Below, piece after piece: positions 38,550 through 51,769 of a DNA stretch of 64,000 nt. The translations under genes were made by a program, and so were the position numbers. A model generated the notes under the pieces. The model had not been told where the DNA came from, did no database searches, and saw only the letters and a list, made by a program, of their open reading frames with translations. Positions within the stretch are counted from its first letter, which is position 1, and each line of letters starts with the position of its first letter. This DNA is from Chiloscyllium plagiosum (Eukaryota), in contig NC_057752.1 of assembly GCF_004010195.1 (NCBI RefSeq), positions 15,672,380 through 15,736,379 of the forward strand. The letters are read 5' to 3'.

Positions 38550-40585
38550 AAAGAACAAAGAAAATTACAGCACAGGAACACACCCTTCAGCTGTCCAAGC
38601 CTGCACCGATCCAGATCCTCTATCTAAACCTGTTGCCTATTTTCTAAGGGTCTGTATCCCTTTGCTCCCTGTCCTTTCATGTATCTGTCTAGATACATCT
38701 TAATTGATGCTATCGTGCCCACCTCTGCTGGCAACGCATTCCAGGCACCCACCAATCTCTGCGTAAAGAACTTTCCACATATATCTCTTCTATACTTTTC
38801 CCCTCTCACTTTGAACTTGTGACCCCTAGTAATCGAGTACCCACTCTGGGAAAAAGCTTCTTGCTATCCCACCCTGTTTACACCTTTCATGATTTTATAG
38901 GCCTCAATCAGGTCCCCCCTCAATCTTTGTCTTTCTGATGAAAATAATCCTAATCTGCTTAACCTCTCTTCAAATCAAATGCCCTCCATACCAGGCAACA
39001 TCCTGGTGAACCTCCTCTGCACCCTCAACAATGCATCCACATCGTTTTGGTAATGTGGCACCAGAACTGAACACAGTTTTCCAAACGTGGCTGAACCAAA
39101 GAGGGTGGCACGGTGGCTCAGTGGTTAGCACTGCTGCCTCACACCATCAGGGTCCCAGGTTCGATTCCAGCCTCGGGTGACTGTCTGTGTGGGGTTTGCA
39201 CATTCCCCCCGTGTCTACATGGGATTCCTCCGGGTTCTTCGGTTTTCTCGAACAGTCCAAAGCTGTGCAGGTCAGGTGAATTGGCCATGCTAAATTGCCC
39301 ATAGTGTTAGGTGCATTAGTCAGAGGGAAATGGGTCTGGGTAGGTTACTCTTCGGAGGGTCGGTGTGGACTTGTTGGGTTGAAGGGCTGTTTCCACACTG
39401 TAGGGAATCTAATCTAATATAATCCAAAACCATAACATGACCTGCCTACTCTTGTACTCAATACCCCATTCAATACGCCGTATGCCTTCTTGACCACTCA
39501 ATTGATCTGCATTGCCACCTTCAGGGAACAATGGATCTGAACACTTAGACCTCTCTGTACATCATTTTACCCCAGGACTTTTCCATTTACTGTGTAGTTT
39601 GCTCTTGAATTGGATATTCCAAGATGCATCATCCCGCATTTGTTCTGATTGAACTCCATCAGCCATTTCTCTGCCCAACTCTCCAATCTATCTATATTCT
39701 GCTGTATTCGCTGACAGTCCCCTTCACTATCTGCTACTCTACCAATCTTAGTGTCATTTACAAACCTGCTAATCAGATCACCTATGCCTTCCTCCAAATC
39801 ATTTATGTATATCAAAACAACGGTGGTCCCAGTACGGATCCCTGTGGAACATCACTGGTCGCAGGACTTCATTTTGAGAAACTCCCTTCCACTACTACTC
39901 TCTGTCTCCTGCTAAATGCCAGTTCTCTATCCATTTAACCAGTACACCATGGACCCCATGCAACTTCACCTTCTCCATCAGTCTGCCAGGGAACCTTATC
40001 AAACGCCTTACTGGAGTTCATGTATATGATATCTACAGCCCTTCCCTCATCAATCAACTTTGTCATTTCCTCAAAGAATTCTACTAAGTTGGTAAGACAT
40101 GACCTTCCCTGCTCAAAGCCATGCTGCCTATCATTGATAAGCCCATTTTCTTCCAAATGGGAATAAATCCTATCCCTCAGTATCTTCTCCAGCAGCTTCC
40201 CTACCACAGGCTCACCAGTCTATAAGTACCTGGAGTATCCCTGCTGCCCTTCTTAAACAAGGGGACAACATCAGCAATTTTCTAGTCATCTGGGACCTCA
40301 CCCATGTTCAAGGATGCTGCAAAGATATCTGTTAAGGACCCAGCTATTTCCACTCTCACTTCCCTCAGTAATCTGGGATAGATCCCATCTGGACCTGGGA
40401 TTTGTCCATCTTAATGTGTTTTAGAACAACCGACTATTCCTCTCTCCTTATGCTGACTTGACCTATCTAGAGTAATCAAACATCTATCCCTAATCTCAAC
40501 ATCCGTCATGTCCCTCTCCTCGGTGAATACCGATGCAAAGTACTTGTTAAGAATCTCACCCATTTTCTCTGATTCCATGCATAAC
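38550..40585 (-). mobile_element. CR1 ORF2 fragment with a nested + strand HE1-like SINE (39103-39420)
   Basis: QHGFEQGRSCLTNLVEFFEE and YINDLEEG; SINE head ggtggcacggtggctcagtggttagcac with an aatctaatc tail. Confidence 0.9.
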
Positions 40586-40589
40586 CTGT

Positions 40590-41400
40590 CAGGGAGATGC
40601 TACATCTACCTCCAGACAAAGAGGTAAATGTCATCCTCATTCTGATGGTCAGCTTTGGGTGCATGTGGGGGATTGCATCAAGCTGTCCATAGACCCAGAG
40701 TCTACAAACACTCAGTGTCACCATGTGCTACCCATCCCTAGTATTGTGAAGGATGAATCTAGCCATGTTATAGCAGAACAAGCCATGAATTTGAACTGTG
40801 TTATTCCACCTAACCCTTGCAGAGAAAAACATCTTTGACCACAAATCCACAAGGCATTAGTTTTCATTTCATGTTCTCCACATCTTGGGGGTTAAAGGAC
40901 ATGGTGGATCCTGTTAACATGGTTCTGTGAGCAGAAAGTCAAAGTCATTTGTCAGAAAGCCTTATCATCAGATTTTGGAAACAAGAACCAGAATCTAGTT
41001 TGGCTGGACATAGGAAATCCTTCCAACAGATTTTTCCAAATGTGAGGCCATTCACTCTACAGGTTGCCCTTGAGGTGATTCAGAAACCTTTATCCACATT
41101 GTTCTGCAACATGCCTCTGCAAAGCCAGCCTGGAGAAAGGTACAATACTGTTCGTTTATTGTAATCATCTTCATGATGCAAGGCTCTGTGCTATGTGGGA
41201 TATTCCCAGGGGGAGACATCAAGATGACTGGATGGATGATTATCAAATCATGAATTATTCTATGTGATCTGTCAAAATCCTAGAGTAATGAGCTGTCCAC
41301 AATTGGATTTTGCTGACTGGCACATTCCCAAGTCCAGGATTACATGCTTAGGGATGGACTGGAGTATGGGACAACAATTAGGAAAGAACACTCTTTAAAG
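40590..41400 (+). pseudogene. Decayed paralog (copy 3) of the unidentified terminal exon
   Basis: FPNVRPFTLQVALEVIQ (41033-41083) is in exact register with FPAVRIHQSPSIKEDIQ of copy 2. It also has DFGN vs NFGN, and NPCREK (40812) vs NPCRKR in copy 4. Multiple stops; ATTAAA at 41523. Confidence 0.45.
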
Positions 41401-42004
41401 CCCTTCAGAACTTGTACGTTGTGGTTGGAAGCTGTGAATTCCTGAGGTGTATGTTTAACATGTAATGAACATTGCAAGTATTGACTGTAATTGTAAATGT
41501 AGTCAGTTACATAAATAATCTGATTAAACTGATTCATTTTGCACTTTCTCTGATGTCAACTTTGGTTATATGATGTACTTTTTAAAAACTTGAATATAGT
41601 TTTAAGACCATAAGACATATGAGCAGAAATTAGACCATTCAGCCCATTGAGTTTGCTCTGCCATTTAATCATGGCTGATAAGTTTCTCAACCCCATTCTT
41701 CTGCGTTCTCCCTGTAATCTTTTAGGGAAAGGTAAGTTGTGGTTTTACTGAACATACTAATCAGTCAGACAGTGCTGATAGTAAATAAAATGCTGAAAAA
41801 TACTTCTAACCACAAATCCATCAGGCAGTGAGAAGCACCCCTGTTGGTCACATCCTTCCTCACTGTGATCATTGACTCCTCACTAGCTAGGAAAGAGAGC
41901 ATTTTCAATCTTCTACCTCACTGTGTTTTTACAAAGTCAGTCTGGTAAACAAAGCTCCATCATATAGGACTCAGTGCAGCCTTCCAAAGGGGAGACACCA
42001 CAGA

Positions 42005-43345
42005 ATAGAATCCCTTCAGCCTAACAAGTCCACACCGACCCTCAAAAGAGTAACCTGCCCAGACCCATTCCCCTACCCTATTATCCTATATTTACCCCTG
42101 GCTAATGCACCTACCTACACTATGGGCAAAATAGCATGGCCAATTCACCTAAGCTGCACATTTTTGGACTGTGGGAGGAAACCCACGCAAACAAGGGGAG
42201 ATTGCGCACCGACTTGACACCGACATTTGTTACAATCCCACCGACTCCCACAGCTACCTCGATTACACCTCTTCCCACCCTACCTCCTGCAAAAATGACA
42301 TCCCTTACTCCCAATTCCTCCGCCTCCACCGTATCTGCTCCCAGGAGGACCAGTTCCACCACAGAACCCCACAGATGGCCTCCTTCTTTAGAGACCACAA
42401 TTTCCCTTCCCACGTGGTTAAAGATGCCCTCCAATGCATCTCGTCCACATACCGCACCTCCGCCCTCAGACCCCACCCCTCCAACCGTAACAAGGACAGA
42501 ACCCCCCTGGTGCTCACCTTCCACCCCACCAACCTTCGTATAAACCAAATCATCTGCCAACATNNNNNNNNNNNNNNNNNNNNNNNNNNNNNNNNNNNNN
42601 NNNNNNNNNNNNNNNNNNNNNNNNNNNNNNNNNNNNNNNNNNNNNNNNNNNNNNNNNNNNNNNNNNNNNNNNNNNNNNNNNNNNNNNNNNNNNNNNNNNN
42701 NNNNNNNNNNNNNNNNNNNNNNNNNNNNNNNNNNNNNNNNNNNNNNNNNNNNNNNNNNNNNNNNNNNNNNNNNNNNNNNNNNNNNNNNNNNNNNNNNNNN
42801 NNNNNNNNNNNNNNNNNNNNNNNNNNNNNNNNNNNNNNNNNNNNNNNNNNNNNNNNNNNNNNNNNNNNNNNNNNNNNNNNNNNNNNNNNNNNNNNNNNNN
42901 NNNNNNNNNNNNNNNNNNNNNNNNNNNNNNNNNNNNNNNNNNNNNNNNNNNNNNNNNNNNNNNNNNNNNNNNNNNNNNNNNNNNNNNNNNNNNNNNNNNN
43001 NNNNNNNNNNCACCCTCCTCTCTGACCTATCACCTTCATCCCCACCCCCACTCACCTATTGTACTCTATGCTACTTTCTCCCCACTCCCACCCTCCTCTC
43101 ATTTATCTCTCCACCCTTCAGGCACTCTGCCTTATTCCTGATGAAGGGATTTTGCCCAAAATGTCGATTTTCCTGCTCCTTGGATGCTGCCTGAACTGCT
43201 GTGCTTTTCCAGCACCACTTTTACCCAGAATCTGGTTTCCAGCATCTGCAGTCATTGTTTTTACAAACTCCACACAGACACCCGAGGCTGGAATCAAACC
43301 TGGTTCTCTGGTGCTGTGAGGCAGCAGTGCTAATCACTGAGCCAC
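42005..43345. mobile_element. Minus-strand HE1-like SINE interrupted by a + strand Penelope-like element (~42192-43262, spanning a gap)
   Basis: PTDSHSYLDYTSSHPTSCKNDIPYSQFLRLHRICS (Penelope RT C-terminal/thumb region). The SINE resumes at caaactccacacagacacccgagg. Confidence 0.85.
42564..43010. other. Assembly gap (447 N)
   Basis: Run of N. Confidence 1.
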
Positions 43346-44468
43346 CCAAGGTAGTATTCACTAGTTTGGATTGAGATCTGCACAATGAAAGATGTTGTTT
43401 GGCTTATCTGAAACCCACTGCTCTTTGGGTGTACAAAACTCTTGATGTGACTGGCTCATTGCAAGGTTCAAGAGGGAAAATCCGCTGTCTAAGATGCCTC
43501 TGTGGTGTAGTGGGGCAGCACGTAAAATGCTCAGGGCAGTGTGTCTCACTGGAAGTGAATATAGTGGCTGTCCTTGTGAGTATGGAGAAGAATCTCCGAT
43601 AACTCAGAGTTTGCACTGTATGTCACGTCTAATTTTAACTGTTAGTTAAGGCATCTTCCTAAATGTTATGAATAAAGTTTAGTTCTGGGAAATGGAAGGA
43701 GGCAGTCATTGATTTAATGACAGTCACAAGCAGCAAGTAACTCTAAGGACCACTCAGTACATTTTTAAAAATGTCAGCCAGCTTCAGCTCAGAATATCTC
43801 AAAGCACTTAATGGTTAATTATGCTTATGTTTCTGTGCAGTTCCTAACATCATAAGGAAAGCAGCCGGCTATTCGGTCCCTCGAGGTTTTTCGTCATTCA
43901 ATAAGATGGTGACTGATCTGATTTTAGTTTAACACCCACTGTCATAGCTTTTGACTTTTGATCATCAAAAGTTCATGCGTAACTAAGCCTTGAAGATGTT
44001 GTACTGAGGGATAAATACTGGTCAGGACACTGGGGAGAACTGCCCAGATCTGTTCCATTGACGGCAATAGCACCGAGTCTCGGTTTGAACGTTTCCAATT
44101 CAACTCCTTAAACTCTTTATCGGTTTACAGTCGACCTCTGTCGAGTCGTTCAAGAACCTCATCTCTTTTTTAAAAATAAAATTGTTTCTGTTTTGTAGCC
44201 AGCAATTTCGCATTTACTCCAGTTATCTGGGGCTTACGGTTTAACACTCAAAATGATGCTGTTGTAAAGGCCAAGCCCATAAAGTCAACATCCTCCCCGA
44301 TTTATATTTTACCCCCACCTGTTACCCCGGAAACAGCGGAAGATTCTATCTACCTTTTACTTGCCTTATTGCACTTCGTTTACAGATTTAAAGAGCCGGC
44401 GGAATATAAGCCCGTGAGCGGAATCTGATTGGAGAGGCGGCTTTGACGATTATCTATGAGTGCCTCAC

Positions 44469-44732
44469 CTGGAGCTGAGAGAAACCTTCATATGCTACAC
44501 AGACTGAGGACCATCCCGCTGATGAGCTGAGTGACAACTTGTAAGCAGCTGCAGTTGGCTGGGTTCACTCCCTTGGATAATGTTCACAGGGTTTGCCAGC
44601 CAGGTCGTCAAGAGAGACTTTATCCCGTTACCAAATACCCAAGAGACTGGACGAGTACAGGACAGTGTTGCGGTGCTTCTGCAGCTTCGAACAGCTTTCT
44701 AACCCCTCCTTCTTCTTAGATCGCCAAGATTC
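44469..44732 (-). ncRNA. Candidate non-coding or UTR exon on the minus strand
   Basis: Strong acceptor tttttctgttttctgttttag and donor CAG|GTGAGG. The exon is 264 nt with stops in all three frames. Confidence 0.3.
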
Positions 44733-45229
44733 CTAAAACAGAAAACAGAAAAATGATTGCTGGATTACCAGAACAGGCAGCTTAGTCTCTTTCAAAGTCA
44801 GGATTTCCATCAATTAAGGGCAATAAACCCCATATCATATTTCACCAAATGTTTTGTTTAGCTACTTTCCAAAATCAATTGACTTTGTGTAATCAACAGT
44901 GCCACTTACCCTCTTGACCTTATTTCCACAAAGACGTAGTAAAAATCTGTTTTAAAACAGAAATTTTTACCACTTTAATATCTTCAAATTCTCCACACAA
45001 TCCCTTAATATATGTTATATTCCCAACAGCAGACTACTCCACATCACTCCATTTCACTCCCAAATTCTTTCTCAATTTGAGGCAACACAAATCTTTCAAG
45101 TTTAAAATTCCTTTTTTCCCCAAATTCGTGCATATCTCTGTAACCTCCTCCAGCCCTTAATCCCTCGCTATCTCAGTCACCTTCTCCAGCCCCCACATTT
45201 TTCCTACCTCTGTAACCTCCTCCAACTCT

Positions 45230-48143
45230 GAATAGGAGCAAGAGTAACAGGGTAGTTGCTATGGGGTCTTTAACTTTCCAAATATTGACTGGAAATACTA
45301 TAGTTTGAGTACTTTAGATTGGTCAGTTTTTGTCCAATGTGTGCAGGATGGTTTCCTGACAAGAGTCGAGAGTGGGGTGCTGGAAAAGCACAGCAGGTCA
45401 GGCAGCATCTGAGGAGCAGGAGAATTGACATTTTGGGCAAGAGTCCTTCAGGAGGCTTGTGAGTGGAGGGGTGGAGAGATAAATGGTGGTGGGGGTCCGG
45501 CTGGGGGAAAGGTAGCTGAGAGTGCAATAGGTAGATGAAGGTGGGGGCAATGGTGATAGGTCAGAGAGGAGGGTGGAGCAGATGGGTGGGAAGGAAGATG
45601 GACAGGTCGGACAGTTCAAGAGGGTGGTACCAAGTTGTAAGGTTGGAACTGTGATAAAGTGGGGCTGGGGAAATGAGGAAACCGGTGAAATTCACATTGA
45701 TGCTGTGTGGTTGGAAGGTCCCAAGGCAGAAGATGAGGCATTGTTCCTCCAGGCATCGGGTGGTGAGGATATGGTGATGGAGGAGGCCCAGGACTTGGTG
45801 GAATGGGAGGAGGAGTTTAAGTGTTCTCAACTGAAAGTCCTCACTTTCTCACTGTATGCAGATAAGACAACAAGGGGCAAGGCCACATTGGATTTGGTAT
45901 TGGGTAATGAACCTGGCCAGGTGTTAAGATTTGGAGGTAGGTGAGCACTTCAGTGATAGTGACCACAATTTAGTTATGTTTACTTTAGCGAAAGAAAGGG
46001 ATAGTTATATATCACAGAGCAAGAGTTATAGCTGGGGAAAAGGCAATTATGATGTGATTAGGCAAGATTTAGGGTGCATAGGATGGGGAAGGAAACTGCA
46101 GGGCATGGGCGCAATTGAAATGTGGAGTTATTCAAGGAACAGCTACTGCATCTCCTTGATAAGTATGTACCTGTCAGGCAGGGTGGAAGTAGCCAAGTGA
46201 GGGAGCCATTGTTTCATAAAGAGGTTGAATCTTTTGTCAAGAGGAAGAAGAAAACTTATTTCCAGATGAGATGTGAAGGCTCAGTTAGGGCACTTGAGAG
46301 TTACAAGTTAGCCAGGAAAGACCTAAAGAGAGAGCTAAGAAGAGCCAGGAGATGACATGAGAAGTCTTTGGCAGATAGGATCAAGGAAAACCCTAAAGCT
46401 TTCTATAGGTATTATCAGGAATAAAAGAATGACCAGAGAAAGTTTAGGGCCAATCAAGGATAGTAGTGGGAAGTAGTGCATGGTGTTAGAGGAGATAGGG
46501 GATGTGCTAAATGAATATTTTTCGTCAGTATTCACACTTGAAAAGGACAATGTTGTCAAGGAGAATACTGAGATACAGGCTACTAGACTAGATAGGATTG
46601 AGGTTCACAAGGAGGAGGTGTTAGCAATTTTGGAAAGTGTGAAAATAGCTAAGTCCCCTGGGCCAGATGGGATTTATCCTAAGATTCCCTGGGAAGCTAG
46701 GGAGGAGATCGCAAAGCCTTTGGCTTTGATCTTTATGTCTCAATAGTGCCAGAAGACTGGAGGATAGCAAATGTTGTCCCTTGTTCAAGAAAGGGAGTAG
46801 AGACAATCCTGGCAATAATAGACCAGTAAGCCTTAATTCGGCTGTGGGTAAATTGTTGGAAAAGGTTATAAGAGATAGGGTTTCTAATTGTCCAGAGAAG
46901 AATAAGTTGATTAGATAGTCAACATGGTTTTGTGAAGGGTAGGTCATGCCTCACAAACCTTATTGAGTCCTTTGAGATGGTGACCAAACAGGTGGATGAG
47001 GGTAACGCGGTTGATGTGGTGTATATGGATTTCAGTAAGGCATTTGATAAGGTGACACATGGTAGACTATTGCACCATGGAGGCATGGGATTGAGGGTGA
47101 TTTAGTGGTTTGGATCAGAAATTGGCTAACTGTAAGAAGTCAGAGGGTGAAGGGTTCATCCTGGAGTCTAGTTACTAGTGGTGTACTGCAAGGATCTGTT
47201 TTTGGAGGCACAGCTGTTTGTCATTTTTATAAATGACCTGGATGAGGGTGTAGAAAGATGGGCTAGTAAATTTGTGGATGACGCGAAGGTCAGTGGAGTT
47301 GTGGATTTTGCACATTATAGAGGGACATAGATAAGCTGCAGAGCTGGGCTGAGAGGTGGCAAATGGAGTTTAGTGTGGAAAAGTGTGAGGTGATTCACTT
47401 TGAAAGGAGTAACAGGAATGCAGAATACAGGGCTAATGGTATGATTCTTGGTAGTGTATATGAGCTGAGAGATCTCAGTGTCCATGTGCACAGATCCCTG
47501 AAAATTGCCATCTAGGTTGATAGGGTTATTAGGAGGTATACGCTGTGTTAGCTTTTATTGGGAAAAGGATTGAGTTTCAGAGCCATGAGGTCATGTTGCG
47601 GCTGTACCAAACTCTGATGCGGTCACACTTGGAGTATTGTGTATAGTTCTGGTCACTACATTATAGGAAGGATGTGGAAGCTTTGGAAAGGGTGCAGAGG
47701 AGAGTTACCAGGTTGTTGCCTGGTATGGAGGGAAGGTCTTGCAAGGAAAGGCTGAGGGACTTGAGGCTGTTTTTGTTAGAGAGAACATTGAGAGGTGACT
47801 TTATTGAGACATATAAAATAATCAGAGGGTTAGAAAGGGTGAACAGTGAAAGCCTTTTTCCTCGGATGGTGATGGCTAGCACAAGGGCACATAGCTTTAA
47901 ATTAAGGAGGAGTGATAGATATCGGACCAATGTCAGAGGTAGTTTCTTTACTCAGAGAGCACTGGGTGCGAGGAATGCCCTGCCTGAAACAGTAGTAGAC
48001 TCATCAACTTTAAGGGCATTTAAACGGTCATTGGATAAACATATGGATGAGAATGGAATAGTGTAGGCTTCACATTGGTTCCACTGGTCAGCGCAACATC
48101 GAGGGCTGAAGGCCCTGTATTGCATGGTAATGTTCTATGTTCT
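45230..48143 (+). mobile_element. Long CR1 ORF2 with a nested minus-strand Penelope fragment (45362-45850)
   Basis: ATLDLVLGNEPGQV, SDHNL, KSPGPDGIYP, YMDFSKAFDKV and ERVQRR. It sits within a ctctgtaacctcctccag repeat, with aactc at both ends. Confidence 0.9.
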
Positions 48144-48309
48144 AACTCCTACACCCCTCCTTGTCTCTGTAACCTCCTCCAGTCCCTACAACCCTCCCTA
48201 TCTCTGTAATCCCATCTAGCCTTCCATATACTATTCACACTCAATCTATATCTGCTCTTCTCTCTATTTCTGAGTCTGCCTATGCACTACTGTTGAGCAC
48301 TCACTATCT

Positions 48310-49310
48310 CTCTCTCTGCGCAGAGCTCAAAGTTATCTCTGAAATTAATCCTCGCTTTCAGGAGCCTCCTGTGTCCCTTCTTGGCGGGAGGCGAGACAGT
48401 TCTCTTTGAGATATAATTAAATTCCCATGTTATAACTGGGTGCTGCATTGCTGCGGCCACCCCCTGCTCCCGGTGACCCTCGGCCAAGTTACAGTCTGTG
48501 CTCCTGCTTCAAACTCACGGATTAACCGCGTCGAATGAGTCTCCAAAGAGCCAGAATCGGATTTGGCTCCTTTTAACTTTTATTGCTTTTTTAATCCGCC
48601 GCCCTCTCACAAAAGAGGCAGCAGCAGTCGCTCACTTTCCTGGATGTCTGACCACCGCGATGGGAAAGCGCTCATTGGAAAGGATTAGGGTCTGAATTGG
48701 AAAAGTTTCATTTCCGTATACAACCGGCTTAGCCAGGAGCGAACTTCCGCTTAAACAAGGGCCAGTATTATTTTTAGAATAATATTATTTCTAGAACAAT
48801 TAGAACCTGCGCAATTGAACCTGTAACTTTGAAATGTGTTATGTTCCAGTTTAGAAGAAAATACCGAGAGATACTCCTTACCAATGGTTTAAAGTTTAGA
48901 GTTTATCTTGGCGAAATCTCTTGCTGTTTTATTTCTTTATAAAAAGTTCATCTTTGATTTGTGACAAGCCTCACCACCCCCTCCCCCACTCCCCCCCGTA
49001 AATCTCGGTCAGTCCTCGGGGAAAGGATTACTCGGATCAGTGGTCCATTGATAATTAACGCTCGTTCTAAACTGGGCGGTTTTAATAACGGGAGGGCGCC
49101 GTTTTAAAATGATAAAGGTTTTTCTTTAAAAAACATATGGCGTTAATTAGAAGGAACTGGTACAATAGGCGGGATGCCCGGAACCAGAGGGAACTAAACA
49201 GTCCAGGGAGTTGGAGAGATAAATAAAGGGTACCTGTGAGGTGGGGAAACTGGAGAGGGATGGGTTATATCACGAATTGATCACAGATAGGGCGGGCCGA
49301 CTGGCATTCG
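48310..49310. promoter_or_regulatory. CpG-retaining, repeat-free putative promoter/enhancer with clustered homeodomain sites
   Basis: Many CpGs compared with the depleted flanks. TAATCC/GGATTA at 48346, 48519, 48592, 48682 and 49025; TAATTA at ~48416, 49052 and 49144; ETS-like ACTTCCGC at ~48743. Confidence 0.45.
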
Positions 49311-49814
49311 CCAGCCACCCCCAGGACCAAGCTCTCACTTTCTCTCTCTCTTTACACCCTCCTCTATCTCTTTATCTTCCATTTCTTTCTCTGTTCTTTT
49401 ATTTGCCGTTCTCTTTCCATTTTATCTCTCTTTCTCCATATCTTTTTAAATTTCTTTCCCTGTCAGGTTTTGTTTTCATACATTCCAGCTTTTTTTCGGA
49501 TTCACCACACCTTACTTTCATTTTTAAACCTCATATCTTCTATTTACATTTTGCAGCCACATCTGGACCCATTTTTCTGACCCATTCAAGACAGTAGCCT
49601 CAGCTGCAGACGTAGTCCCCGCTCCACATCACGCAGGAGCGATATCTGGAATCCTGTTGCTGTCCAGTGTCTGCTTGTCACATCAGCAAGATGTACTACT
49701 CACGCTGCACCCGTGAGCTGTTTCAAGGAGACACTGACTCAGACACCATCAACCCTTGTAGAAAAAGAGTGAAAGCAGCTTAGTTTGAAATGGAAACCAC
49801 TAAATCCCACATTT

Positions 49815-50310
49815 AGAGTTGTACAGAGTTGTACAACATGGAAAACAAACCCTTCGGTCCAACTCGTCCATGCCGACCAGATATCCCAACCCAATCTAGT
49901 CCCATTTGCCAGCACTTGGCCCATATCCCTCTAAACCATTCCTATTCATGTCCCCATCCAGATGTATTTGAAATGTTGTCATTGTATCAACCTCCACCAC
50001 TTCCTCTGGCAGCTCACTACATACACACACCTTGTCTGTGTGAAAGTTGTTCCTTAGGTCCCTTTTTAAATCTTTCCCCTCTTTCCTTCTGGTTTGGACA
50101 CTGCTACACTGGGGAAAGACCTTGTCTATCCTTACCCCTCATGATTTTATAAATTCACTCTATAAATTCACTCACCTCTATAAAATCAACAACCCCTCAG
50201 CCTCTGATGCTCCTGGGAAACAGCCCCAGACCATTCAGCCTCTCCCTACAGCTCAAACCCTCCAACCCTGGCAACATCTTTTCTGAGCCCTTTCAAGTTT
50301 CACATCTTTC
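49815..50310 (-). mobile_element. CR1 3' fragment
   Basis: Same family as 4715-5435. Confidence 0.85.
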
Positions 50311-50751
50311 CTACTCCCCCAGCCTTGGAGGCATTTGAAACGATTTTGAGACAGCAAATTAAACCAGTCTTGTAACACGTAACCCTTCCTGTATCCTTGG
50401 TTTCATCAATATTGAAAAAGAGATAAGCAGCAACTTTCAGAAAATGGAGCAAAGCTCCGAGATTGCAACATGGCACTATTGTCCTTGTGAAACAGTCTGT
50501 CACCAGTTCTTGAGAAAGAATGAAGAGATGGCTTGATGAAAGGTGATACAAAGAAAGTCACCGACGAAGGGGAGCGTCCTTTGGTGTTATGGGAACCCTG
50601 GAGAGGGTTAAAGGACTAAATCACAGTGAACTGTCTGTTGAGCAGAACTCTGGGTAGAGTAACACCCAGAACTATGAATGGAGTGTTTTATTTCCACAAG
50701 TAAAACACTGGGCCATTGGATTTCCAGCTGTTAGGGAGGAACAGGCCTTTA

Positions 50752-51540
50752 TTTGAATTTTGGAAGCTCTAATTCTAGAGCAAACTATTCAGTAAATGGA
50801 AGAGCCTTGAGAAAAGCTGATGAGCAGAGCGATCTGGGAGTTCAGGTCCATTGTATCCTGAAGGCGGCTGCACAGGTGGATAGAGTGGTCAAGAAGGCAT
50901 ATGGTATGCTTGCCTTCTTCGGATGGGGTATTGAGTATAAGAGCTGACAGGTCATGTTAAAATTGTACAAGGCTTTGGTTCGGTTGCATTTAGAATTCTG
51001 TGTACAGTTCTGTTCACCACATTACCAAAAGGATGTGGATGATTTGGAGAGGGTGCAGAGAAGGTTTTTGTGGATGTTGCCTGGTATGGAAGATGCTAGC
51101 TATGAAGGGAAGTTGAGTAGGTTAGGTTTGTTTTCATTAGAAGAAAGGAGATTGAGGGAGGACCTGATTGAGGTTTACAAAATCATGAAGGGAATAGACA
51201 GAGTGGATAGAGATAAGGTTTCTCCCAGGGTGAGGGATTCAATCATGTGTTCAAGTCGAGATGAAAAAAGGTTATGGTGGAATACATGCAGAAAGTACTT
51301 TACACAGAGGTTGGTAGGTGCCTGGAACGTGTTGCCAGCAGAGGTAGTAGAGGCAGGCACGGTAGATTAATTTAAGGGGTGTGTGGACAGATGCATAAGC
51401 AGGTAGGAGCAAAGGGATGCAGATCCTTAAGAATTGGGTGATAGGTTTCGACAATGGATTTGGATCAGCATAGGCTTGGAGGGCCGAAGGGCATGTTCCT
51501 AGGCTGTAAATTTTCTTTCTTCTTTGTTTTTTGTTCTTTG
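50752..51540 (+). mobile_element. CR1 3' fragment
   Basis: MLKLYKALVRLHLEFCVQFCSPHYQKD, with a ttctttg-type tail. Confidence 0.9.
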
Positions 51541-51769
51541 AAAGAATTGTTTCTGACAGTATTCTTTATCAATACAACAGTATAATGCCGGTGCAATTGA
51601 CTTTTGAAATACATGCATAGCAGGTATACAAAGGACTAATTGCCCTAATTCTGTGGTTCGATGTCCTATTGCTCTTGAAATCACTGCCAAATGCAGGTCT
51701 GACATATAGCCAATCCCAAATCTACCCCCAAATAGGATCAAATCTCCAATTAGCATTCTTTCATGGGAT

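Noticed and set aside
49241..49597. 118-aa hydrophobic ORF
   Set aside because: It is the translation of a CT-rich polypyrimidine tract preceding a splice acceptor.
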